Shown here: positions 41,095-52,632 of the stretch, in pieces
How the letters are laid out: each line of letters starts with the position of its first letter
How positions within the stretch are numbered: position 1 is the first letter of the stretch
From: Antedon mediterranea
Lineage: Eukaryota; Animalia; Echinodermata
Direction of reading: 5' to 3'
Length of the DNA: 64,000 nucleotides
Assembly: GCF_964355755.1 (NCBI RefSeq)
Contig: NC_092672.1
Coordinates: 9,858,001-9,922,000, forward strand
Translations under genes and position numbers: made by a program
The notes under the pieces: model-generated
The model's input: only the letters and a program-made list of their open reading frames with translations
What the model was told of the DNA's origin: nothing
Databases searched by the model: none

Positions 41095-41571
41095 TTCCAG
41101 CTAAAACATTGCTGCCCGTCTGGTTCTTCGCATCCCAACATGTCAAAACACAACAACATTATTGGAACATCTACATTGGTTGCCAGTTGAGAAGAGAATA
41201 CTGTTTAAAATTCTTCTCATTACTTTGAAATCACTTTATAACATGGCTCCAACTTTTCTATCTGATATCATTTCTCCATACAAGCCAAAACGAACTGTCA
41301 GGTCATCATCTGAGGTTTTAATCAGGCCTATACCTACACGGCCTTCAACAAAACTGTATGGACAACGTGCCTTTTCGTTGTCAGCTGCTGTTCTCTGGAA
41401 CGCCCTTCAAAATTATATCAGGAATCACTCACCACACTCAAACAACCCCTGACCCACCTTTTTAATTTGCATTTGATTTAGTTTTTGCTCTTATTTTTTC
41501 TGTTGATTGTTCAGCGCTTAGAGGCGTCCTGCATTTTGCACTATAGTAAATTGAACATTATTATTATTATT
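41095..41571 (+). mobile_element. L2-clade LINE 3' fragment
   Basis: AARLV...LEHLHWLPVEKRILFKILLIT.K...AP..L...R..RSS...YGQRAFS......WNAL is the typical L2 ORF2 C-terminus. It is followed by CAGCGCTTAGAG..GCACTATA and an (ATT)n tail. Confidence 0.85.
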
Positions 41572-43293
41572 AAGTATGTGTACAGTATACACCAACGATG
41601 TGATGATATTATAAATCTAATTCCTACAGAGATTTAGTCAAAATGTTCCTACATCTTAACTATACTATATTGCACACTTTTTGGTCAAATTACTTGCGCC
41701 GCGCTTACGACCACCTTGAAAGGTAAACTCCGGAGTTAGTTCAAAACACCGGTGTTAAACAGGTGAATGTTCACATCGAAACGGTTGGGGTGAAAGGTAC
41801 CAACATCAAACACCGGATTTTTTAAGAAGTCAACAGGTCATCCTCACATGATCAATCATTTAATTAAAAAAATTATTACTAAATATATAGCGGGTCTACA
41901 AATAAATACTATATATGACTGACACTCTTGAAAATAATTATTACATTAGAAATATTATCAATTAAAATGATTCTAATGATCGTCGCTATGCAAACAAACA
42001 GAGGGCGGTATTTAAAATTTTATTTAAAAAAAACAACCGTGTTGCTAGGTTGGTGTGAATGCGGTCTCTCCAGAGTTTCTCGACATGTGAATGATCATCC
42101 GGGGTGTCTCCGGAGATCAATACGGAGTTTTGGTGTGAAAGGGGTACTAGTTTTAGGCCTACAGTATGTTACCGTCTTGTCTAGTGGCAAACACTGATTC
42201 ACTCTCCGAGCTCTCGGTCTAAGATTAGGAACATTTCTAGTGTTTCATAATATGTAACTGGTACAAATTTTCAAAAGTGCAAAACCGAGTATGTTATTAT
42301 TATTATAGTTTTATAGTTGCACATTATCAGTAAATAAGTTCATTGAACATCTTTCTGTTTCTACTGACAGACATACATTTCACAATCATGAAATTAAAAT
42401 CATATCGATAGACGCGGCAATTCATTTTATAATTCAGTTTTATGGTCGACATTAAGATATCGTGTCATTTCGCTGACATCTATATATAAATGAATTATTG
42501 ATTTATAAGAGTATCATTTTAAAACCACTGATAATGAATTTTATTAATAGTATATTTGAAACGTTAACGCGTACTAAACTGTGAATTTTGCCCACTCACT
42601 ACAAACTTTAACTTCTATAGATTATCAACATTCTATTTTCAATTATTGTCAATTATTGACTTTATGATATCAATTAAACAGTTGACATTTTTTTCGTGTG
42701 GAGTTATTTTTTATTGATTTTCTATTGGTAAAATTCATATTATCCGTGTTTAAATAAAAACCTTCTCAATATCTCATTATGCAAACAGACTACTTCAACA
42801 AAACTATTCTCTATCTACAAACAATTGTTATAAATGCGCATGTGCCAGTTATTATGGTTACGATGTCCTGAACCGAATTGTAATGGAAAACTAACTAACG
42901 AATACAAATATTATACATATTGTACAATAAAGTTTGTTGTTGTGATTGACCTACAATCTAATACAAGGTGAACGTATATTTTCTTTTTTGTTACCGAAAG
43001 TATAACAATGACTCCGGTAGACATAAAATATATTGCGTTGATTAAAACGAAAATCCCATAAAGAATGCGCCTAAATTGCTTGAGTAATTAACTCGTATTC
43101 AGATAGCACGTATATTGCAATAACGTGGTGTCGTGGATTGCTTATATACCGTTTCTTTATTACTCCATTAACCCGTTGTATACATTCTCACAAGGCAGTA
43201 ACACTAACAGAGACTAAAATCGCTTTAAAATAAAAACGAAAAAAATCTGAATAATTTTTTTTATCAAAATTAAACCGAGCAATTTAAGCTTAC

Positions 43294-43367
43294 CGCAGCG
43301 GCATAAACGCTGCAAAACATTGGCTCTGATCTTGTGTGAATCTTCATTCGTTTTAGTAGATAAAAGT
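43294..43367 (-). other. Candidate exon 2 of a minus-strand transcript
   Basis: Minus strand: CTTTTAATTTCAG| acceptor and GCG|GTAAGC donor. Confidence 0.4.
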
Positions 43368-43507
43368 CTGAAATTAAAAGTAGGACGAGAAAATGCAGTG
43401 TTTGAATTATTATATATTTTTACATATTCACAACTATTCAGTTGTAGGCCTACATCCATCAATCGTTTTTTTTTAAACTTGTACGTTATACTATCGATTT
43501 CTTTTAC

Positions 43508-43560
43508 CTGAGAGACCACATTTCACTCGGAAAGATGTCGTTTCCAGTTTCCATTAAATA
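43508..43560 (-). other. Candidate exon 1 of a minus-strand transcript
   Basis: CAG|GTAAAA donor and ATG at 43521. TGACGT, GCATGCGC and AGAGGGCGCTA motifs lie just upstream (43585-43662). Confidence 0.35.
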
Positions 43561-44016
43561 TAAAGGGCCAGTATTATTTATATTGTGACGTTAGGGAGTA
43601 ACTGTGAATAATAATGTTCTCCGCATGCGCGCGCGTAGGTCAGGAATACATAGAGGGCGCTACAAAACCTATTACTAATGTATAAATAGCTTACCTAGTA
43701 TTATGTTATATCAATATCTTTTATATCTGTTAATATCTATAATAATCAGATTAGTATGAATAGACACTGAAATACAGCACCATGTCTTTATCGTAAATAA
43801 TATTGATGTATGATTATTCCATATTATATTTTTTACGATAAATGTGTTAGAGAAATGCTGTAAGAAATTACAGTGTTTATAGCTATAATATTCCATGCAT
43901 ACTATCAATTTAATTGTCAAATATATTGCTGACAGATAGGCCTATTGGTTTCAAAAGATCAATACTATTATAACATAACGTGGCCATTGGTGAAGTCATT
44001 CACATTCTCAATAATG

Positions 44017-44019
<3 letters not shown>

Positions 44020-44100
<81 letters not shown>
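44020..44100. repeat. (TA)n microsatellite, ~40 units, left flank of the Penelope-like element
   Basis: Direct reading of the sequence. Confidence 0.95.
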
Positions 44101-44101
<1 letters not shown>

Positions 44102-44103
<2 letters not shown>

Positions 44104-45528
44104 CAAGATAAGCAAAACTATACTCGATCGTATTAACAGCAAAATTACATCAAAACTGCGCACCAATCAATGGAAAAATACCTCATCGGTCATCGCAATG
44201 ACCTGCTGAATAAAGCACTAGACTTCGCTAATAGATACGATGATATTACCAACGACGAAAGAGACATCATCGTACATACTAAAAAATCAGTACTATCACA
44301 CAAACAGCAACCATGGCAAAAGAAAGGCCTCACAGCATTCGATGTGACTATGGGTAGTTATGATGGCGCAGAAACATGTGAACTTGTTGGAAACTTCCTG
44401 TTACACCAATTACAACAGAAACTAGGAATCAACATAGGACTTTACAGAGATGACGGCCTTGCAGTCACAGACACCACACCTAAAAGCACAGACAATATTA
44501 AAAAAGACATATGCCAAATATTCAAAGACAACGGCCTACGCATTACCATAGAAGCAAACAAACAAGTCATCAACTTCTTAGACGTCACACTCAACCTAGC
44601 GAAGAACACATACCAGCCCTACACCAAACCAAACGCCACGTTAAAGTATATCCATCAACAAAGTAACCACCCACCGACCATCCTAAAGAATATACCCGCC
44701 GGAATAAACAAACGACTCTCGTCCTTGTCATCCGACAAGAATTCATTCAACCAAGCCGCCCCTGTATACCAAAAAACTCTCAACGACAGTGGATACAAGT
44801 ACACACTAAAATACGAGCCGGTAACCCAGACAAGACGAAAAAACAGACAACGAAACGACATTCTGTGGTACAACCCACCGTTCAGCAAAAACGTCGGCAC
44901 AAACATTGGACAGAAATTCCTATCCCTAGTAGACAAACATTTTCCAAAAGATAACAAACTAAGAAATATCTTCAACCGAAACACTATCAAGATTAGCTAC
45001 AGTTGTATGAACAATATGAAATAGATAATAGACAGTCACAACAAGAGAATACTCAACCAGCCCGAAACAACATCCGTGGAAAACACGCAAGAAAACAAAA
45101 CATGCAACTGCCGACAGAAAAACACATGCCCGCTAAACGGAAATTGCTTACAATCATCTGTAATATACCAAGCCACAGTTACACGCAAAGACAAATCCAC
45201 CTCGGAAACTTATATCGGACTCACTGAAAATGATTTTAAAACACGATACAGAAATCACACCTCATCATTCCGTAATACACGTTCTAGAAACTCAACCGAA
45301 CTCAGTAAACATATTTGGACACTCAAGGACAACAACACAGACTATTCAATCTCATGGCGCATCTTGGCATCTACTAAAGCATATAGTAGCGCAAACAAAA
45401 AATGCAACCTCTGCCTCAAAGAGAAATTATTTATCATCCGCCACCCTGAATTATCGACATTAAACAAACGTAACGAACTTGTGTCCGCCTGCCGGCACAG
45501 AAAGAAAGCATTGTTACATAACAGCTGA
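44102..45528 (+). pseudogene. Disrupted RT-GIY-YIG polyprotein ORF of the Penelope-like element
   Basis: The frame from 44102 ([22 protein letters not shown]) shifts at ~44195 into [11 protein letters not shown]. An in-frame TAG at 45022-45024 separates ORFs 44170-45024 and 45076-45528, which are in the same frame. Terminal TGA at 45526-45528. Confidence 0.88.
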
Positions 45529-45613
45529 CATTCCAAAACATATCACCTGTAAATGCTAATTCTACAAGTAAATGTGCTTATAAGCAACGTTGTAATTGAT
45601 TCTTCTCATTATA

Positions 45614-45662
45614 GTCTCCTGATGAGTGAGTTTCACGACTCACGAAACAAGCCTGTAGAGAC
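45614..45662 (+). ncRNA. Type I minimal hammerhead ribozyme in the 3' region (pLTR) of the Penelope-like element
   Basis: Helix I GTCTC/GAGAC; core CTGATGA; helix II GTGAGT-TTCACG-ACTCAC; GAAA; helix III C-AAGCCT-G; cleavage triplet GTA (cut after 45657). Confidence 0.85.
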
Positions 45663-45756
45663 CAAACTAGTTTTTACTTCTTTTCCAGACTTAACGTATA
45701 TTTTAGCTCTACTTTACCGTATTGAGCACTTTTTAGACGGTTACATTGAACCGAAC

Positions 45757-45759
<3 letters not shown>

Positions 45760-45798
<39 letters not shown>
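45760..45798. repeat. (TA)n microsatellite, right flank of the Penelope-like element
   Basis: Direct reading, ~19 units, followed by (ATT)n-rich sequence. Confidence 0.95.
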
Positions 45799-45800
<2 letters not shown>

Positions 45801-46855
45801 AATTATTATTAATAATATATTATTAATAATAATTATTATTATTATTATTTAACGACCGACAAGAGCCACCATTATGTACACGTGACAACGTGCATACAAG
45901 TTAGGCTCCATTGTACAGATTGTTTTTCTTTATTGTTAGATCTACATGTACGCGCAATGACCTGGTCCTGCTTGAATCAGAACTTACTTCAAACAAACTC
46001 ACACATATTGCATCTAAAAATACACGTCATATCTATGCTAAACATTTACATAATTAACATGTTTTAGCATCTAGTAGGATTGTCGAAAATCCTTTTTTTC
46101 GAATCTACATAAATGATGTATTTTGTGCCAGACCTACTACACTCATAAACAGAATGTTTATTAATTACTGTAAATTAGAAACACAAAGTATTAACGATTC
46201 CACTAAATCATTAACAACAATTTAGTTAAAATAAATGCGATAAAAATAATTATGTAGCGCCCTCTTGGGATTTTAATCTTTGCACAAAATTTAAAATAAA
46301 TTTGTGACAAGAATAGGATGAAATGGATTATCTTGTTTCTCTAACTTTGAACTATCTAGTAGTGAAGCCTTTGGTGTAACTAATTAATAACACACAGCGC
46401 TCATTTATTGGCCTAATAAAAACACCCAAAGGCTTTCAACAACGATAAGGTTCACTATTTACTATCGCCATAAAATATACATTTTGTTTAGAAGTAGTTC
46501 GTGTAACTAGAGAGACATTCCATTTACATAATAATCGCCTTAATACAATACGCAAAATCCAGTACATGTTTACATTTGATGCATTTAAGTGAAGACTGCA
46601 TCCTGTATAATTAACCTATGTATCATCATAATATTCAGTAGTTAATGTTTGACATAGACCTATCAATAAAGACTTGCCAATCGGTGGGAATGTATATGGG
46701 TTTATTGACTCATGCGATGAACTCTGTGTAACATTGCTAATGACAATTGAACATTTTGGCATGAAATACTTTCATTTGGTGTTTAAATCGCCCTCAATCA
46801 CAGGAAAAGAGTAGGTCAATGAGAAATGTAAATAAATTACTACATTAACGAAAGT

Positions 46856-47265
46856 TAGATTAGGTCGGTATACCTTAATCCAAATGACACTTATTATGGG
46901 CATTACCACTAAAATACTAGTTCAACAAATGGATAAAGTGTTAGTAACCAAAGTTAGGTGAATGTTATAGGCTGCAATTCTAATTTTCACTTCTGTAACT
47001 AGGAAATGACTATCTTTTAAGTAAACCATAAAGCTATAGATTAGGTAGATATAATTTAATTCACATGAGCTTATCATGGGAATTACCACTAACTAAGTTC
47101 AACAAATGGATAGAGTTTAGTAATCACATTTAGGTGAATGTTATAGGCTACAATTCTTTTCTTCTTCTTCACTTCTTTAATGAAATGCCCATCTTTTAAG
47201 TACATCCTAAATCTAGATTAGATCGATGTAACTTAATTCAAATAGAACAAATAAATAGAGTTTAG
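46856..47265. repeat. Diverged tandem repeat, ~180-bp unit, ~2.3 copies
   Basis: TAGATTAG unit starts at 46856, 47037 and 47214. Shared GTTCAACAAATGGATA and TTAGGTGAATGTTATAGGCT. Confidence 0.75.
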
Positions 47266-47969
47266 TATGCGTCGAACTAAATCATCGACGCGGCGCTTAT
47301 TTTTCGACCATTAGTTTTCGTATGATATAAAATGTCACGTTTGCTTGTTATTAAATTGCTTACATTGTTTGTGTTTTCATGTGTGACGATCGTTAAATTA
47401 AAAATGATGATAATATACCGATCAGTGAGTGTTCAATTGATGATGACAACATGTCATTTGTCAGTAAATCTAGGCCTTAGTGCATTCGTGTCCACCTTTA
47501 CAGATAATAAAAATCGCTACTCTTTCTCGCGATTGATTACGAATCTTAAAATTACACACACTGATGACGCTGAATAATAATTTTCTCAGAACGCATTTCT
47601 ATCAGTTATTAAACTAGATCCCTAAAGTAACTTTGTTTTATTCAAAAGATACAATATCCATTACATTGTCACAGATACATACCTATGCCAGACTTTCCAA
47701 CGATCGTAAAACAGCTAACTACAAATACAGTTCGCAAGGAAATTAGCTTATATACGTTTCATACAGTTATGATGCTTTATTATTACACGGTAATCATACT
47801 AGTAATGCACAAAAATTATGTACTCGACCTAATTTCTATTTTTATCATATTTAATGACTATCTGTGTAGGTCAATGTGTATATATTTCATTGTGATATAA
47901 ACGTAGAAATGATGTAAATCAATTCATAATGTTACTGTTTAGTTTATGAAATCTGCACCACTCGAGTTT

Positions 47970-50900
47970 CTATTTCACAAGAGATTGGACACAAATGACT
48001 TGCTTTTCGCGCACTTCATAGCGTTCATGCATCCTAGTATGAACCAAGCTTTAGAAATTGTGCAGCTTTACAAAAATCGATTGGACATAAATGACTTGCT
48101 TTGCGCGTACATAGCTTTAGAAATTCTGTAGCTTGACAAAAAAAAGAGATTGAACACAATGACTTGCTTTGCGCGTTCTTCATTGTGTTCATGCACCCTA
48201 GTATGAACCAAGCTTTAGTAATTATGTACCTTGACAAATCACAAATAATTGGTCAAATGACTTGCTTGGCGCGTACTTTATTGCGTTTATGCATCCTAGT
48301 ATGAATCAAGCTTTAGTAATTGTCTTGTTTTATAAATAACAAGCGATTGGTCAAATGATTTACTTTGCGCTTCTTTCATTGCGTTTTTGTATCCTAGTAT
48401 GAACCAAGCTTTAGTAATTGTCTTGTTTTATAAACAACAAGCGATTGGTCAAATGATTTACTTTGCGCTTATTTAATTGCGTTTATGTATCCTGGTATGA
48501 ACCAAGCTTTAGTAATTGTCTTGTTTTATAAATAACAAGCGATTGGTCAAATGATTTACTTTGCGCTTATTTAATTGCGTTTATGTATCCTGGTATGAAC
48601 CAAGCTTTAGTAATTGTCTTGTTTTATAAATAACAAGCGATTGGTCAAATGATTTACTTTGCGCTTATTTCATTGCGTTTATGTATCCTAGTATGAACCA
48701 AGCTTTAGTAATTGTCTTGTTTTATAAATAACAAGCGATTGGTCAAATGATTTACTTTGCGCTTCTTTCATTGCGTTTTTGTATCCTAGTATGAACCAAG
48801 CTTTAGTAATTGTCTTGTTTTATAAACAACAAGCGATTGGTCAAATGATTTACTTTGCGCTTATTTAATTGCGTTTATGTATCCTGGTATGAACCAAGCT
48901 TTAGTAATTGTCTTGTTTTATAAATAACAAGCGATTGGTCAAATGATTTACTTTGCGCTTATTTAATTGCGTTTATGTATCCTGGTATGAACCAAGCTTT
49001 AGTAATTGTCTTGTTTTATAAATAACAAGCGATTGGTCAAATGATTTACTTTGCGCTTATTTCATTGCGTTTATGTATCCTAGTATGAACCAAGCTTTAG
49101 TAATTGTCTTGTTTTATAAATAACAAGCGATTGGTCAAATGATTTACTTAGCGCTTATTTAATTGCGTTTATGTATCCTGGTATGAACCAAGCTTTAGTA
49201 ATTGTCTTGTTTTATAAATAACAAGCGATTGGTCAAATGATTTACTTTGCGCTTATTTAATTGCGTTTATGTATCCTTGTATGAACCAAGCTTTAGTAAT
49301 TGTGTAGCTTGACAAATCAAAAAAACATAAGCATAAACAACTGGAAACGAATGTCTTGTTTGCGTTTACGCATCCTAGTATCAACCAAGCTTTAGTAATT
49401 TTCTTGTTTTATAAATAACAAGCGATTGGTCAAATGATTTACTTTGCGCTTATTTCATTGCGTTTATGTATCCTTGTATGAACCAAGCTTTAGTAATTGT
49501 GTAGCTTGACAAATCAAAAAAACATAAGCATAAACAACTGGAAACGAATGTCTTGTTTGCGTTTACGCATCCTAGTATCAACCAAGCTTTAGTAATTTTC
49601 TTGTTTTATAAATAACAAGCGATTGGTCAAATGATTTACTTTGCGCTTATTTCATTGCGTTTATGTATCCTTGTATGAACCAAGCTTTAGTAATTGTGTA
49701 GCTTGACAAATCAAAAAAACATAAGCATAAACAACTGGAAACGAATGTCTTGTTTGCGTTTACGCATCCTAGTATGAACCAAGCTTTAGTAATTGTCTTG
49801 TTTTATAAATAACAAGCGATTGGTCAAATGATTTACTTTGCGCTTATTTAATTGCGTTTACGCATCCTAGTATGAACCAAGCTTTAGTAATTGTGTAGCT
49901 TGACAAATCAAAAAAACATAAGCATAAACAACTGGAAACGAATGTCTTGTTTGCGTTTACGCATCCTAGTATCAACCAAGCTTTAGTAATTTTCTTGTTT
50001 TATAAATAACAAGCGATTGGTCAAATGATTTACTTTGCGCTTATTTCATTGCGTTTATGTATCCTTGTATGAACCAAGCTTTAGTAATTGTGTAGCTTGA
50101 CAAATCAAAAAAACATAAGCATAAACAACTGGAAACGAATGTCTTGTTTGCGTTTACGCATCCTAGTATCAACCAAGCTTTAGTAATTTTCTTGTTTTAT
50201 AAATAACAAGCGATTGGTCAAATGATTTACTTTGCGCTTATTTCATTGCGTTTATGTATCCTTGTATGAACCAAGCTTTAGTAATTGTGTAGCTTGACAA
50301 ATCAAAAAAACATAAGCATAAACAACTGGAAACGAATGTCTTGTTTGCGTTTACGCATCCTAGTATGAACCAAGCTTTAGTAATTGTCTTGTTTTATAAA
50401 TAACAAGCGATTGGTCAAATGATTTACTTTGCGCTTATTTAATTGCGTTTACGCATCCTAGTATGAACCAAGCTTTAGTAATTGTGTAGCTTGACAAATC
50501 AAAAAAACATAAGCATAAACAACTGGAAACGAATGTCTTGTTTGCGTTTACGCATCCTAGTATCAACCAAGCTTTAGTAATTTTCTTGTTTTATAAATAA
50601 CAAGCGATTGGTCAAATGATTTACTTTGCGCTTATTTCATTGCGTTTATGTATCCTTGTATGAACCAAGCTTTAGTAATTGTGTAGCTTGACAAATCAAA
50701 AAAACATAAGCATAAACAACTGGAAACGAATGTCTTGTTTGCGTTTACGCATCCTAGTATCAACCAAGCTTTAGTAATTTTCTTGTTTTATAAATAACAA
50801 GCGATTGGTCAAATGATTTACTTTGCGCTTATTTCATTGCGTTTATGTATCCTTGTATGAACCAAGCTTTAGTAATTGTGTAGCTTGACAAATCAAAAAA

Positions 50901-52632
50901 ACATAAGCATAAACAACTGGAAACGAATGTCTTGTTTGCGTTTACGCATCCTAGTATGAACCAAGCTTTAGTAATTGTCTTGTTTTATAAATAACAAGCG
51001 ATTGGTCAAATGATTTACTTTGCGCTTATTTAATTGCGTTTACGCATCCTAGTATGAACCAAGCTTTAGTAATTGTGTAGCTTGACAAATCAAAAAAACA
51101 TAAGCATAAACAACTGGAAACGAATGTCTTGTTTGCGTTTACGCATCCTAGTATCAACCAAGCTTTAGTAATTTTCTTGTTTTATAAATAACAAGCGATT
51201 GGTCAAATGATTTACTTTGCGCTTATTTCATTGCGTTTATGTATCCTTGTATGAACCAAGCTTTAGTAATTGTGTAGCTTGACAAATCAAAAAAACATAA
51301 GCATAAACAACTGGAAACGAATGTCTTGTTTGCGTTTACGCATCCTAGTATCAACCAAGCTTTAGTAATTTTCTTGTTTTATAAATAACAAGCGATTGGT
51401 CAAATGATTTACTTTGCGCTTATTTCATTGCGTTTATGTATCCTTGTATGAACCAAGCTTTAGTAATTGTGTAGCTTGACAAATCAAAAAAACATAAGCA
51501 TAAACAACTGGAAACGAATGTCTTGTTTGCGTTTACGCATCCTAGTATCAACCAAGCTTTAGTAATTTTCTTGTTTTATAAATAACAAGCGATTGGTCAA
51601 ATGATTTACTTTGCGCTTATTTGATTGCGTTTATGTATCCTTGTATGAGCCAAGCTTTAGTAATTGTGTAGCTTGACAAATCAAAAAAACATAAGCATAA
51701 ACAACTGGAAACGAATGTCTTGTTTGCGTTTACGCATCCTAGTATGAACCAAGCTTTAGTAATTGTCTTGTTTGCGTTTACGCATCCTAGTATGAACCAA
51801 GCTTTAGTAATTGTCTTGTTTGCGTTTACGCATCCTAGTATGAACCAAGCTTTAGTAATTGTCTTGTTTGCGTTTACGCATCCTAGTATGAACCAAGCTT
51901 TAGTAATTGTCTTGTTTGCGTTTACGCATCCTAGTATGAACCAAGCTTTAGTAATTGTCTTGTTTGCGTTTACGCATCCTAGTATCAACCAAGCTTTAGT
52001 AATTGTCTTGTTTGCGTTTACGCATCCTAGTATGAACCAAGCTTTAGTAATTGTCTTGTTTGCGTTTACGCATCCTAGTATCAACCAAGCTTTAGTAATT
52101 GTCTTGTTTGCGTTTACGCATCCTAGTATGAACCAAGCTTTAGTAATTGTCTTGTTTGCGTTTACGCATCCTAGTATGAACCAAGCTTTAGTAATTGTCT
52201 TGTTTGCGTTTACGCATCCTAGTATCAACCAAGCTTTAGTAATTGTCTTGTTTGCGTTTACGCATCCTAGTATGAACCAAGCTTTAGTAATTGTCTTGTT
52301 TGCGTTTACGCATCCTAGTATCAACCAAGCTTTAGTAATTGTCTTGTTTGCGTTTACGCATCCTAGTATCAACCAAGCTTTAGTAATTGTCTTGTTTGCG
52401 TTTACGCATCCTAGTATGAACCAAGCTTTAGTAATTGTCTTGTTTGCGTTTACGCATCCTAGTATGAACCAAGCTTTAGTAATTGTCTTGTTTGCGTTTA
52501 CGCATCCTAGTATGAACCAAGCTTTAGTAATTGTCTTGTTTGCGTTTACGCATCCTAGTATGAACCAAGCTTTAGTAATTGTCTTGTTTGCGTTTACGCA
52601 TCCTAGTATGAACCAAGCTTTAGTAATTTTCT
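47970..52632. repeat. Complex satellite array: diverged monomers, then 10x98 bp, 12x197 bp (99+98) plus one 99 bp, then 18x48 bp
   Basis: Every unit carries GTAT(G/C)AACCAAGCTTTAGTAATT. Anchor positions 48301, 49281, 51645, 51744 and 52608 give exact multiples of 98, 197, 99 and 48. Confidence 0.95.

Larger units (their letters stand above)
44101..45759 (+). mobile_element. Naiad-type Penelope-like retroelement, 5'-truncated, inserted in (TA)n
   Basis: RT motifs [41 protein letters not shown] and WYNPPFS. CNC-x5-CPLNGNC linker. GIY-YIG (VIYQATV...YIGLTE..FKTRYRNH). C-terminal CNLC..EK...LNKRNEL...CRH. 3' hammerhead. (TA)n on both sides. Confidence 0.92.

Noticed and set aside
43945-44136. 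ORF with (YI)n; similarly 45553-45852
   Set aside because: Translation of the (TA)n microsatellite.
45022-45024. In-frame stop in the Naiad ORF as a selenocysteine codon
   Set aside because: The codon is TAG, not TGA, and it is not at a conserved Cys position. A CAG>TAG mutation is the likely cause, and no SECIS is evident.
44655-45536. Antisense and alternative-frame ORFs over the retroelement
   Set aside because: They are shadows of the RT/endonuclease frame.
48301-52632. CRISPR-like look (constant ~40-bp block separated by other sequence)
   Set aside because: The intervening segments are only two recurring types, not unique spacers. There are no cas genes and the context is eukaryotic.
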